Source: Nitrospirota bacterium (GTDB lineage: Bacteria > Nitrospirota > Nitrospiria > Nitrospirales > Nitrospiraceae). From it: a DNA stretch of 64,000 nt. The translations under genes and the position numbers were made by a program. The stretch spans positions 480,001 to 544,000 of the forward strand of contig CAVPBK010000006.1 in NCBI GenBank assembly GCA_963701855.1, given 5' to 3'. The notes under the pieces are model-generated. The model was not told where the DNA came from. It worked only from the letters and a program-made list of their open reading frames with translations, and did not search any database. Of the stretch, positions 33,318 to 43,170 are shown piece after piece. Each line of letters starts with the position of its first letter. Position 1 is the stretch's first letter.

Positions 33318-33441
33318 CGGCTGTTGAAAAAGCCCTCCAGCATCGTTCTCGCATCCCTCAACCCTCAACGTAACCCACAGGGTACGCCTCGCGGGTCGAA
33401 CTCCTTGCGGCCTTGTTGGCTAGCCTTTTTGAGCAACCTGC
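33315..33441 (+). mobile_element. Family A MITE core copy (diverged)
   Basis: TAACGGCTGTTGAAAAA ... TTTTTGAGCAACCTGC; central CAACGTAACC...GGTACGCCT. Confidence 0.8.
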
Positions 33442-33497
33442 AGAACGAGAAAAGGCTCCGGACACATTTCTCTTATCTGACTCCTTCCTCTTAAGCT

Positions 33498-33935
33498 CTA
33501 TGTCGGAAGCTTATAGATCATGTCATATATGACATGGAGGTTGTCTTTTGTGAATTCATCAAGGGACTTACCTTTTATCATTGGGCTCGTATCTTCGAAG
33601 CCAGTTTGCTTCCTTAACCATGCATTGATCTTCAACGCGGGTACCTTTATGTTTCCTTGATTCATCTGGTCGAAGAAATCCTTGGCTCCGTCTTTGAGGC
33701 ATTTGATGTCATCAACCACGCCATTAAGTAACTTCATCCCTATGGGATCTTTTGGCTCGATATTCATATCGCGTAATTCAGCAGCGAACGCCTGCAGAAT
33801 GACAAGCTCCTTGGTCTTTTTGTATTCATCGGCGCTGAAGTAACTGGGATTGTGGCGCAACTTAGAAATCGTCAACAAGCTGAATGCATATAACAGTAGT
33901 GGCGATCGGACCAAGGATGACATGACATTGGCCAA
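33498..33935 (-). CDS. AT-rich hypothetical protein, possibly a 5'-truncated fragment
   Basis: 145-aa ORF with no clear RBS or start codon; foreign composition. Confidence 0.5.
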   Translation of the reverse strand: MANVMSSLVRSPLLLYAFSLLTISKLRHNPSYFSADEYKKTKELVILQAFAAELRDMNIEPKDPIGMKLLNGVVDDIKCLKDGAKDFFDQMNQGNIKVPALKINAWLRKQTGFEDTSPMIKGKSLDEFTKDNLHVIYDMIYKLPT

Positions 33936-34087
33936 GGACCCACGATTAGTTTGAGTGTTGTGCTTCTTGAAAAAGCTCTTTGTAAGTTTTTCCGTAGAAC
34001 ATATTGAGGATTCGAACGTTTTCTGTCACATACGATTTAAGCCCTCTCCCTCCACGCCTAGTGGCTGAGCGCTTTCTGTCCCCACCC

Positions 34088-34326
34088 TCAACCCAATATT
34101 TTGTCCAAAAATATGGCCCTAAGTGAATGCAGGCTAAAACCTCCCCAAGCTCCGAACCCCACGAACAGAAGCACGGCCGAGATTATCAACGCCAACGTCC
34201 AACCACGGTTTTCATCTAAACCATGCTCGACGATAAATCCAATTGGATAATGGCGATAAGTAAGCCAATGCCGATGAGCGTGGCTCTTTGATACTTGTTC
34301 ATAAGATCAATTTGTCGTTTGCACAT
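34088..34326 (-). pseudogene. Frameshifted small membrane protein beginning right after the attC-like R' site
   Basis: MNKYQRATLIGIGLLIAIIQL continues in the adjacent frame as GFIVEHGLDENRGWTLALIISAVLLFVGFGAWGG. Confidence 0.5.
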
Positions 34327-34328
34327 AC

Positions 34329-34392
34329 CACCAACGAATAAGCTCAGGGGTTCGCGGTTTCATAGCGCCTCCCCTGGAGCGATTGATTAACC
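34329..34392 (-). mobile_element. Degenerate integron attC-like recombination site (64 bp)
   Basis: Minus strand GGTTAAT-CAATC-GCTCCAGGGG...CCCCTGAGC-TTATTC-GTTGGTG: R''-5 nt-L'' with an extrahelical base, then L'-6 nt-R'. Confidence 0.65.
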
Positions 34393-34412
34393 CACCTAAG
34401 AGGCCCGCCCCC

Positions 34413-35061
34413 TTATTTTCCCTCGTCCCAGGCAGCGTCGTTCAGTGGTACGCGCAAAATGTGCCCTGTCGTGCTAAACAACACAATCTCGCGCTGATAT
34501 TTCATAAGCCTGCACAGCTCGAAGAGCGGCCGGATGTAGTCACTTTTAATGCCAGCACCGATAAGGACTGCCTTGATTGGAGGCTGAACGTACTTGAGCC
34601 CAGAGTCCGAGGAAGAATCAAGCGATACTCTTTCTCATAAGACCACTGCTGTGCCTTGTACCGAAGCTGATCACCAACAGAAGCACACTCTAGTGGGGCA
34701 AGGTCGGCTAGATACTTAACGGGAACAATCTTATCCTCGTACCCAGCAAGGTCTAACTCTAGGCAGATTCCCGAATGTCCATTACCGTAATGGGACCACA
34801 TCAGCAATGACTCGGGAGACTCGGAGAAACAGCAGAGTCTATACCGGTCGAGTTCCTGATCGACTGCTGACCAGAAACGGCAAGCGCGCTCGAACGACTG
34901 CCCCGCAGTCAGTGAAGACGGCGGATTCAGGAGTGATATCCCCGGGACCCTTCGAGCGGGTCGTTAAGTTCATGGAGACTGAGGCAGTACAAGCGCCTTG
35001 TGAGCAATAGGTCGACTATATGCACAAAAGGATCTAGTGTCTTGAACTTGTAGAGGAGCAT
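34413..35061 (-). pseudogene. DUF2971-like protein with 2-3 frameshifts
   Basis: LYKFK...LNDPLEG / CCFSESPESLLMWSHYGNGHSGICLE...KAQQWSYEKEYR / IKAVLIG, spread over different frames. Confidence 0.75.
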
Positions 35062-35186
35062 GGCAGATATTTTCTGACTGCAACAAATCCTATGCGTTTC
35101 TTCATCACAGAGCAAGAAGGTTATGACGCTCTAGTCCGAGAAACGGGATCGGTCTATAAGCGATCGGTCCCCGTTTCCACACTCTC

Positions 35187-35384
35187 AAGGAAGCGTGCGG
35201 CATTGAGCGACTTGCGCTGGAGCGGCGGGGTCCCCACCCGGCGTCTGAAGAAGGAAAGCTGGAACTGACTGAAGCACTGCGATCGAATGATCGCAGCTGA
35301 AGGAATTCCAGAAGGCTTCCACTTCAGAGCGCCGAGGAAGGGGTGCCGCGGGAGGCGCCCAAGCGAGAAGCTGCATGCTTCCTT
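35187..35384 (-). repeat. Family C ~198-nt structured element, copy 3
   Basis: 15-bp closing IR AAGGAAGCGTGCGGC / GCTGCATGCTTCCTT; core at 35255-35315 almost identical to 6015-6079. Confidence 0.8.
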
Positions 35385-35402
35385 CGTCCTAATTTCGAAG
35401 GC

Positions 35403-36626
35403 TTAAACGGAGCGAACGATTTTGACTGCCGCATCGCTCTCAATTCTTCCCACTGGCGAAACCTTCCCCTCTCGTTCCTTGCGCACAATCCTCTCGATCT
35501 GCACGATTGCGCCCCGATGCCAGCTATCGACAGCAGCATTCTGAGGAGAGGCCTTCCGATCCAGCCGACCGACTTCAGGACGTCCTGTTTCATTGCACAG
35601 CCAGGCTCGCTTTTCTCCCTTCAATTCTCGTAGTTCGCTCACGACACGGAAGGTCTGCGGGCTCCGCGTCACAATGGTCCGTCCATCTGTGCGCAACAGC
35701 AGATAGGAAAACTTCAATGCGTCTTTGATGAACCCCACCTCCCGGTCGAGTGCAGCAATCGCGGGAGGCGTCTGCCAGGGTCGCTCTTCATGACACCAAT
35801 CGTCTGGATGGTCTAAGGCGGGACAGGCCCCCTCGTGCAAGCAGGGACTATAAACCGTACAGAGTCTCTGCTTAAGCAGGTGATTGCGCATCTGATGCAG
35901 CGCTCTGGCCGTCTGCCGCAACGCCGGCTCGACGATCATGATGGTGCCGTGCGGTGCGAGAAACGGCAAGAGCTGTGCGACAACCGTCGCACGCTCAGTT
36001 GGGGGATCGACCGATACGGGAAACAATTCATTGAGGCAGTTCGCGATAATAATCAGGTCGTATGGTCCGCCTCGTACAATCTGCTTACCAAGATCACCCT
36101 TGAGCGGATGTTCCAGATTGCCCTCGATACAGCGGAGACCTGCGTTGGGTATTCCAACCTCGTTGCAGTAGGCCTCCCACAACCTCTTCGCGTCCTGCAA
36201 AGATGCCTGAGACGCATCTGCAGCCAGGACCGATACAGATTTCGCCCGCTCAGGGCCGCGATGCCACAGCCAATCCAGCAAGGCTAATGATCCAGTCCCT
36301 GGGCCACAGCCGAGATCGAGCACAGCCATCGGTCGGTCTGGTATTTCAGTGCTGTCGTCGTTCGGTAGCTCATCCAGCAGAACTTGGATTTTCGAGAGGT
36401 TCACAGGGAGAAAATACGAGTGATAGGCGGCTGCCTGTGCCGGATCATCCAGGTAACGGAATGGCAATGATGGGCGTGCGGTCGTGAACAAACGCGATAG
36501 ATTCACGACCGCTTGCGCTATCGCGTGACCGCTGAGATCCCTGACTGGCGATACCCTTGCCAGAACCTTTAGAACTTCCGATGACAGGCCAGCAGGCTTC
36601 TTCTCGTTGAAGGGTTGCATGGCCAT
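35403..36626 (-). CDS. Rsm22/METTL17-family SAM-dependent methyltransferase-like protein
   Basis: AY..YF.P.N, LDLGCGPG, IVEPA, SPCLHEGACP...WCH, KFSYL. Confidence 0.85.
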   Translation of the reverse strand: MAMQPFNEKKPAGLSSEVLKVLARVSPVRDLSGHAIAQAVVNLSRLFTTARPSLPFRYLDDPAQAAAYHSYFLPVNLSKIQVLLDELPNDDSTEIPDRPMAVLDLGCGPGTGSLALLDWLWHRGPERAKSVSVLAADASQASLQDAKRLWEAYCNEVGIPNAGLRCIEGNLEHPLKGDLGKQIVRGGPYDLIIIANCLNELFPVSVDPPTERATVVAQLLPFLAPHGTIMIVEPALRQTARALHQMRNHLLKQRLCTVYSPCLHEGACPALDHPDDWCHEERPWQTPPAIAALDREVGFIKDALKFSYLLLRTDGRTIVTRSPQTFRVVSELRELKGEKRAWLCNETGRPEVGRLDRKASPQNAAVDSWHRGAIVQIERIVRKEREGKVSPVGRIESDAAVKIVRSV

Positions 36627-36658
36627 AGTGTAAGCTGCTGTCGATTAGGAGGACAACC

Positions 36659-36907
36659 ATGACAGACGAAATTTTGTTGGCCTACAAAGACGTGGAACGT
36701 TCGATGGAACGTTTCACCCTGCTCCTACAAAGCCACGTGGACACAATGGGTGCCGACCCATCCCACAACGCCGATCAAGTTTTCCGCTTGTCCCAAGGCA
36801 CCAAAGCGATGAGGGATAGCGCGATGATCTATCTCTCTTATGCCAAGTACGTCTCCTATGGCATGCCGGAGAGTGAAGACATGGTGCAAGACGAACTGCA
36901 GGGATAG
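36659..36907 (+). CDS. Small hypothetical protein
   Basis: AGGAGG RBS; 82-aa helical ORF followed by a terminator. Confidence 0.8.
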   Translation: MTDEILLAYKDVERSMERFTLLLQSHVDTMGADPSHNADQVFRLSQGTKAMRDSAMIYLSYAKYVSYGMPESEDMVQDELQG

Positions 36908-36913
36908 AAGGTA

Positions 36914-36977
36914 TTGGTCTGTCTGGTTCATCTGGTCTATCTCATTGCACGAGATAGACCAGACAAACCAAACAGAC
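36914..36977. repeat. Family E 9-bp inverted tandem array
   Basis: (T)TGGTCTGTC/TGGTTCATC/TGGTCTATC facing GATAGACCA/GACAAACCA/AACAGAC; same unit as the array inside the MITE at 2438-2515. Confidence 0.75.
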
Positions 36978-36980
36978 TCT

Positions 36981-37027
36981 AAAACAAAAGAGCCCGATCC
37001 TTTAAAGGATCGGGCTCTTGTGTTTTA
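36981..37027. terminator. Bidirectional rho-independent terminator
   Basis: AAAACAAAAGAGCCCGATCCTT-TA-AAGGATCGGGCTCTTGTGTTTT between convergent genes. Confidence 0.9.
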
Positions 37028-37042
37028 GACTCGAACGGCCTC

Positions 37043-38398
37043 TCAGATGCTACGCATGAAATGGGCCACGTCATCCTGATTGACCGCACCACCCATAACC
37101 GAAGACTGGGCGACATTACTCGACTTCTTCCCGGTCAGACCGGACTCAACTTCGTCCACGATCAACTCCACCGGCATCGATTGACCACCATACACACGCG
37201 GCCCACCGATGATCTTGGCTTTGGAGTACCCGTAAATCGCGGTAGCCACCTCTTTCGCCAGCCATCCGACATAGTTGAACTCCGGAACGACAATGAGCTT
37301 TGTTTTCCCAAGAAGTTGCCGTAATTCCATCGTCGGAAACGGACGGAGCGACCGAACCTTGATCAAACCGATCTTGATGCCCTTTTCGGCGCAAATACGG
37401 ACCGCTTCCCTCGACTGAGCCGCTGCACTACCTGAGGCAACAATCACCGCCTCGGCATCATCTACATTCTCAGCCGTGAGCAACCCGCCCATATACTGAT
37501 TAATGTATTTGCGTGACCGTTCGACTGCCGCCCACACTTCCTGTTGCCAGACCGCATGAATATTGTAGGCCATGAAGTTCGACTTCTGAACCGGGGCGTC
37601 ACGTGATAAACGAGCGGGAGGATTCTCCGCATCGAGTACCGGCACCGCGCCACGCCAGGCTTCACGAGGAGGAAGCTTCATGCTGCGGTCCTGCATCCGG
37701 ACATACCCACGGGCGTGGGTCACGAAGAACCCGTCGCAGCAGACGCCGACTGGGAGCGTCACATCGTTCTTCTCGCTGATCGAAAACCCCGCCATGATGA
37801 AGTCGTACATGTCCTGCTGATTCTCGGCATGGAAGACAATCATGCCGCAGTTCAATAGATACGCCACTTCGATATTGTCAGGCTGAATGGCCAACGGGGC
37901 ATTGACGACGCGGCAGGTGAACATGGCGACAATGGGCAGCCGATGCCCCGGCCAGGACGCGATGCCTTCCAGACCCCTCAGCGTACCGGGGCCTGCGGTC
38001 GCCGTAAAGCAGCGGACACCGGATCGAGATCCGCCCGCCATCGCCGCCATGACGCCGACTTCTTCTTCACCACGATAATACTCTTTCACGTACCCTTCGC
38101 CGTAGAGCACGCCGATGAGCTGCATCGTTTCGCTCTGCGGGGTAATGGGATAGGCAATGGCCAGGTCCACGTTGGAGCGCCGAACAGCCTCTTTCGCCGC
38201 CTCGCTGCCCGTTATAAACTCTTTCGTTCGCGGGGCTTCGAGGAACAAGTATTCCGGCGTGACCACCTTCTGCCGTTTCGCTTCGGCATGGGGGTCTTTC
38301 CTTGCGCCCGTCGTCTCGGCCGGTTTAGGGGCCGCGACGCTCGTGATGGGATCGCCTTGGGGATTTGTCTTCTGTTCTGCTTCGAGTGCTTCGCTCAT
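37043..38398 (-). CDS. forA: 2-oxoglutarate:ferredoxin oxidoreductase (five-subunit type) alpha subunit
   Basis: AYPITPQSE, TATAGPG, transketolase-C-like C-terminus; For rather than Por is inferred from linkage to the acl cluster. Confidence 0.85.
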   Translation of the reverse strand: MSEALEAEQKTNPQGDPITSVAAPKPAETTGARKDPHAEAKRQKVVTPEYLFLEAPRTKEFITGSEAAKEAVRRSNVDLAIAYPITPQSETMQLIGVLYGEGYVKEYYRGEEEVGVMAAMAGGSRSGVRCFTATAGPGTLRGLEGIASWPGHRLPIVAMFTCRVVNAPLAIQPDNIEVAYLLNCGMIVFHAENQQDMYDFIMAGFSISEKNDVTLPVGVCCDGFFVTHARGYVRMQDRSMKLPPREAWRGAVPVLDAENPPARLSRDAPVQKSNFMAYNIHAVWQQEVWAAVERSRKYINQYMGGLLTAENVDDAEAVIVASGSAAAQSREAVRICAEKGIKIGLIKVRSLRPFPTMELRQLLGKTKLIVVPEFNYVGWLAKEVATAIYGYSKAKIIGGPRVYGGQSMPVELIVDEVESGLTGKKSSNVAQSSVMGGAVNQDDVAHFMRSI

Positions 38399-38441
38399 TA
38401 TGACACCTCTTAGCTATATCGCCCGTGCGGTTCGACCCTAC

Positions 38442-39203
38442 TCAGCCTTCACGCTTCATCTGCTCGGCCGAATGGCCGAAGGCAGCTGCGCCGGCAACGC
38501 CAGCAACAGGCGCAAAGGTGAGGGGATTGGTGTGAGTTTTCCCACCGTGAACTCTCGCTTGTGTGCCGGTGAATCGCACGTTCTCACCGTTCTCCGGCAG
38601 CTTAATGCCCATTTCTTCACGCACCCGCTTGAAGACTTGCGCGGTCTTCCGCAACTTGATCGTGTCCGAATCGCGAATCGTCAGCATCGCATCTTCGTGC
38701 CCCTGCTCCGCACAGATTGCCATCGTCAGGCAATTCGTCCCGGCACGAATCATTTTCAAGGTCAAGTTGGCATAATGACAATGCACGCCGATGAAGATAC
38801 AGGCCTCGATCTTGTTGCCCCAAATCGTCAGGTTCGGATGGTTCGGATTGATGACCTCTTCCGGATCGATCTTCGGATACTTCGGGCGGTAGTCCGGCAT
38901 GGGGATGATCATGACGTTAGGAATCTGGGCGGCAATTTCCAGCACGGCCTTGGCCTTTTCAACAGCATGATCGTTCCAGGCCCAGAGTACCAACGGTCCT
39001 GGGAAGATCGTGGCGTTGGGGCTGGTCAACATTTTACGGGCCATTTCTTCGATGACCTTATCCTCATTCTCCTCCAGCAACCCATAGTACAGTCCTTGTC
39101 CTGGGTCAGGCAGCGCAACCCCCAACTGAGCCGCGGAGGGCGGATGGAATCCGGCGGGACCAGGAACAATAATGCGTTCTCTTGTATCGGTCGTCGTTGG
39201 CAC
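38442..39203 (-). CDS. forD: Five-subunit oxoacid:ferredoxin oxidoreductase delta subunit
   Basis: Position in the operon; PDYRPKYPKIDPEEVINPNHPN motif; GGGAGG RBS and GTG start. Confidence 0.8.
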   Translation of the reverse strand: MPTTTDTRERIIVPGPAGFHPPSAAQLGVALPDPGQGLYYGLLEENEDKVIEEMARKMLTSPNATIFPGPLVLWAWNDHAVEKAKAVLEIAAQIPNVMIIPMPDYRPKYPKIDPEEVINPNHPNLTIWGNKIEACIFIGVHCHYANLTLKMIRAGTNCLTMAICAEQGHEDAMLTIRDSDTIKLRKTAQVFKRVREEMGIKLPENGENVRFTGTQARVHGGKTHTNPLTFAPVAGVAGAAAFGHSAEQMKREG

Positions 39204-39215
39204 TCCCGTACCTCC

Positions 39216-39548
39216 CTAATTACCTATCACAGTCATTGGATTGGACAGGACTGCAACGGTGGTTTTCTCTTCATACCGAATGTTATCGGTGACTGCAGCC
39301 AGCGGTAATTGATCGATCATAATCATCTTAATGGCATTATTTTTTGCCATCGTGTCGCACACCCACACACAGAGTGCACAACCCTTGCACCGATCCACCG
39401 CTATGTAGGCAGTGCCGTACTTGAAGCCCTTATCCGTCCCCATGGTTTCGCTATACTGAATGGTATTCGCTTCAGGACAGTATTGCGTACAGAGCTTACA
39501 GCTCTTCGAGGCACATATCTCAACATCGATATTGGCTACCAGATACAT
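39216..39548 (-). CDS. forE: Ferredoxin-like epsilon subunit
   Basis: CASKSCKLCTQYCP and CKGCALCVWVC. Confidence 0.8.
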   Translation of the reverse strand: MYLVANIDVEICASKSCKLCTQYCPEANTIQYSETMGTDKGFKYGTAYIAVDRCKGCALCVWVCDTMAKNNAIKMIMIDQLPLAAVTDNIRYEEKTTVAVLSNPMTVIGN

Positions 39549-39573
39549 GGTACTCCTTCGTGCTAGACCCTGG

Positions 39574-40287
39574 TTAGGCGTTTACGGTCGCACGGATTTC
39601 AGACCGCTTGACCGATGCTGCAGCCCAACCGTGATCGACGGCGTAATTCCAGCCGGCCTGAATTACCGCCACATTTTTATCGATCAACTCCTGCTTCTTT
39701 TTGAATTTCCGCTCGACGACACTGTCCAACGCCGCGGTTCCGCCGGAGACGACAAACCCCTTGCCAAGGAACCGATCCTTGACAGACAGCTCCAGCGCTT
39801 CGACCGAAGTCAGCCCCGTGATAGCTCCAATGCAGCCCATCAACGCCATATTCGTCGCGAGGTCCATCCCCGCAACTTCGAGGGAAAGTTTGGTGGCGGG
39901 GAAATAATAGAGCTTCGCACGACGCTCTTCCAATTCGCGCTGCTGATCCCTGTGAAGGCTCATCGGGCCATCGTTGTTGATCAACGCAACCCCATCCTCC
40001 TTCAACCCGAAGTAGAACGGCATCGTATAGGACTTGCCGTGGGTAATGACCTGGGGATGGAAGATAATGATGATGTGCGGGAAGGTAATTTCCCCGATTT
40101 CATAGATCGGTTCATCCGACACACGGACGTAGCTCTCGACCGGCGCCATCCGTTTTTCCGACCCATAAAATGGGACTATCGTGCTTTCACCGCCGGCATG
40201 GATCACTGCGGTGCTCAGAATGTGTGACCCCGTCACAACACCCTGCCCGCCAACCCCGGCCATTCGAATGTTAAAGCGCTTTGCCAT
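39574..40287 (-). CDS. forC: Oxoacid:ferredoxin oxidoreductase gamma subunit
   Basis: IRMAGVGGQGVV, FYGSEKRMAP, ATNMALMG. Confidence 0.85.
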   Translation of the reverse strand: MAKRFNIRMAGVGGQGVVTGSHILSTAVIHAGGESTIVPFYGSEKRMAPVESYVRVSDEPIYEIGEITFPHIIIIFHPQVITHGKSYTMPFYFGLKEDGVALINNDGPMSLHRDQQRELEERRAKLYYFPATKLSLEVAGMDLATNMALMGCIGAITGLTSVEALELSVKDRFLGKGFVVSGGTAALDSVVERKFKKKQELIDKNVAVIQAGWNYAVDHGWAAASVKRSEIRATVNA

Positions 40288-40310
40288 GTCCGAGCCTCCT
40301 TCCGAATCGT

Positions 40311-41213
40311 TTACGCCTTGTTTGGAATTGCCGCGGCAGGAGCAGCCGCCTTCGGAAGATAGTCTTTGTAGCCATACCGTTCGGTCAGATACTGCTTGGC
40401 CTCATCGCTTACATATTCCGTAAACTGATACCGATCGTTTTCAACGGTCTTCGCATCTTCCATCACCTTGTCGGTCGGAATCGCATATTCGATGTTACAG
40501 GAGGTATAGGCTTGAATGTATGAGGATCCCACTTCACGGGCAATCAGCACAGCCTTCTTGATGACGCTCTCGACACGGCGTGGATTGTTCGGAACCACCG
40601 ACGCCACGTAGGCACACCCAGCCACTTTCGCCATCTGCAACATGTCCATCTTCTCGAACTTCTTCCCCAATGGGGCCATCTTTAAGACAGCGCCACGGTT
40701 GGTCATCCCGCTCTCCTGCCCACCCGTGTTGCCGTACACTTCATTGTCCAGCATGATCGTGGTGAACCGTTCCTTTCGGAACCAGGAGTGGAGCACTTGC
40801 TGGAAGCCGATATCCGCTGTTCCACCGTCTCCCGCCATAACCACCACATCCTTCGGTTTGTCACCGAACCGCAGCCGCAGCCCGCGAGACAGCCCGCTCG
40901 CGACACCGTTCTGATCGCCATAGTTTCCGTAGACAAATGGGATCGCGGCCTGCGAAATCGCTAATCGCCCACAACCTGCCGTTCCAACAGTGATCGTATC
41001 TTCCGGGTTGGGGAAAGCAATGATCGCCAACCGGATGAACAGAGTCATCGCGCAACCGGCGCACATAGGATGCTCTTCAAGAATTTCCTTGAAGCTTCCC
41101 ATTTGGGAAACGGAAATTTTCTTTCCAAACGGGCCATGCTCAACCATGTCTCGATATTCTTTGGGCATGTACTTCTCAAATCCACCGGAAAACTTTACAT
41201 AATCAAGACTCAT
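40311..41213 (-). CDS. forB: Oxoacid:ferredoxin oxidoreductase beta (TPP-binding) subunit
   Basis: CAGC, GTAGC, GDG...DNEVYGNTGGQ. Confidence 0.85.
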   Translation of the reverse strand: MSLDYVKFSGGFEKYMPKEYRDMVEHGPFGKKISVSQMGSFKEILEEHPMCAGCAMTLFIRLAIIAFPNPEDTITVGTAGCGRLAISQAAIPFVYGNYGDQNGVASGLSRGLRLRFGDKPKDVVVMAGDGGTADIGFQQVLHSWFRKERFTTIMLDNEVYGNTGGQESGMTNRGAVLKMAPLGKKFEKMDMLQMAKVAGCAYVASVVPNNPRRVESVIKKAVLIAREVGSSYIQAYTSCNIEYAIPTDKVMEDAKTVENDRYQFTEYVSDEAKQYLTERYGYKDYLPKAAAPAAAIPNKA

Positions 41214-41336
41214 CGGAACACCTCCCTCTATCGTGGCAACGGCAATTCATTGCCTATCGGAAAGATACTATTATATGCAACAAGCCCGCAGGAATTCAGG
41301 GCTAACGAACGGGACTAATCTGCTCACAGGTTGTAC

Positions 41337-41366
41337 ATGGTAGCAAAGCCTAAAAAAGACTGTCAA
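41337..41366 (-). promoter_or_regulatory. Putative sigma70 promoter of the for operon
   Basis: Minus strand TTGACA-N18-TACCAT with extended -10 TG. Confidence 0.6.
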
Positions 41367-41617
41367 TGAGAAACATCCATATATATCCTCAAACCGTACG
41401 CTACGCGTAGAATACTATAACTTCCTGATAATCAACGCAACTTCTCAGAAGGCCCACGATGCCAGAAAGAAGCCCTAGCACACCACACGCCTGTAGGCCA
41501 TTCGCCCTAACAACTTGCGGCTCACCATGTTTCCGCACCTCCGAACATGCAACTTACTTCATGACATTTGGAAAGAGAGATTGCCGATTCCAGAAAACCT
41601 GTCTAGACTAGACCCCT

Positions 41618-41866
41618 ATGTCAACACGCGTAATCATCCCTGGGGAAGACGAAGGCGCTCAGCACACCGGCGGAGTTCATAAGCGTCCCCCGATTCCCGA
41701 CAATTCGCTCAAAGCCGAGTGCCCGAAATTCATGAGCCACGGCCCTTGCGGAGGTGTGCGAAAAGGAGGCTTGTGCGAAGTGTACCCCGAAATGCCTTGT
41801 CCCTGGGTGACCCTCTACATTCAATTAGAAAAAATCGGTCAAGTAGAATGGATGAAACAAGTCTGA
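41618..41866 (+). CDS. Stand-alone MTHFR C-terminal / MetV-like Cys-rich domain protein
   Basis: CPKFMSHGPCGG...CEV...PCPW motif. Confidence 0.8.
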   Translation: MSTRVIIPGEDEGAQHTGGVHKRPPIPDNSLKAECPKFMSHGPCGGVRKGGLCEVYPEMPCPWVTLYIQLEKIGQVEWMKQV

Positions 41867-41870
41867 GAAA

Positions 41871-41902
41871 ACGTGAGGCGTGAAACGTGAAACGTGAAAC
41901 GA
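41871..41902 (+). repeat. 7-bp tandem array (CGTGAAA) overlapping the queF start
   Basis: ACGTGAGGCGTGAAACGTGAAACGTGAAACGA. Confidence 0.75.
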
Positions 41903-42303
41903 CAGGGAGAAAATCGAAAACCACAAAACTCGGCTACAACGAGCGGCATGCAAAGAGCGGTATTACCACTCCATTGCCCGACATTGAAACATTCCCGAAC
42001 CAATATAAGGGCTACGAAATCACCATCGAAATTCCAGAATATACCGCCATCTGCCCAAAAACTAATTTACCGGACTTCGGGACCATCACCTTACACTACA
42101 TGCCAGACAAAGAATGCCTGGAGCTGAAGTCATTGAAGATGTATCTCCATGCATACAGAAATCTTGGCATCTTTTATGAGAACGCGGTCAACCGCATTCT
42201 GCACGATGTCGTGAAAACCTGCCGGCCTGTGTGGGCCAAGGTGACCGGCACTTTCGCCGCCCGTGGGGGGCTGCGAAGTATCATTGAGGCGAAGTACCCG
42301 TGA
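41887..42303 (+). CDS. queF: NADPH-dependent 7-cyano-7-deazaguanine reductase (unimodular type)
   Basis: EYTAICPKTNLPDFG, ELKSLKMYL, RGG. Confidence 0.95.
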   Translation: MKRETTGRKSKTTKLGYNERHAKSGITTPLPDIETFPNQYKGYEITIEIPEYTAICPKTNLPDFGTITLHYMPDKECLELKSLKMYLHAYRNLGIFYENAVNRILHDVVKTCRPVWAKVTGTFAARGGLRSIIEAKYP

Positions 42304-42348
42304 GTCTCATCCGCCATTCCTGCTCCCAGGCTTGAGAGACTCCTGCTC

Positions 42349-43170
42349 ATGGCTACCTACGCAATCGGCGATGTGCAGGGATGCGATGACGCCCTGCAAC
42401 GCCTCGTCGAACAAATTCAATTTGACCCCGCATCCGACCGCCTCTGGTTCGTCGGCGATCTAGTGAACCGTGGTCCAGACTCGCTCAAGGTCCTCCGCTA
42501 TATCAAAAGTCTCGGGGCTTCAGCCGTCGTCGTTCTGGGCAACCACGACCTGTTCTTACTGGCTGTTGCCGAAAGCATCGCAACACCGCGCCCAGAAGAC
42601 ACTCTGCAAGCAATTCTTGCTGCACCAGATCGTGACGAGTTACTCGCATGGGTACGTCGGCAACCCCTCCTCTACCGTGAACACCCCTTCGCCCTTGTCC
42701 ATGCCGGCATACTGCCACAATGGTCGCTCGACGATGCTGAGGAACTGGCACATGAAGTCGAAACCGGATTACGGAGTCCCTACTACAAAGATGTACTCCG
42801 CGCGCTCTATCCCAGTAAACACCTGCAATGGTCTTCGAGCCTGACCGGCCTAACTCGACTGGCTACAATCATCAAAGTTCTTACGAGGCTCAGGGCTTGT
42901 TCGGCTGATGGCCTGATGGAGTCGTCGTACTCCGGGCCACCGAATCGTATTCCTGCCGGATTTCTTCCTTGGTTCCGAATCGAAAACTTCGGTCGGCGGG
43001 ACACGACCGTTATCTGCGGGCACTGGGCCTCGTTGGGACTCTACTGCGAAGATAATGTATTGGCCATCGACAGTGGTTGTGTGTGGGGTCGGCAGCTCAC
43101 AGCCATGCGATTGGAGGACCGAAAGGTATTTCAAGTATCCTGTCATACCGTTGGGTCTTGCGGTGACTGA
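42349..43170 (+). CDS. apaH: Symmetrical bis(5'-nucleosyl)-tetraphosphatase
   Basis: YAIGDVQGC, GDLVNRGPDS, LGNHD, VHAG, GHWA, DSGCVWG. Confidence 0.95.
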   Translation: MATYAIGDVQGCDDALQRLVEQIQFDPASDRLWFVGDLVNRGPDSLKVLRYIKSLGASAVVVLGNHDLFLLAVAESIATPRPEDTLQAILAAPDRDELLAWVRRQPLLYREHPFALVHAGILPQWSLDDAEELAHEVETGLRSPYYKDVLRALYPSKHLQWSSSLTGLTRLATIIKVLTRLRACSADGLMESSYSGPPNRIPAGFLPWFRIENFGRRDTTVICGHWASLGLYCEDNVLAIDSGCVWGRQLTAMRLEDRKVFQVSCHTVGSCGD

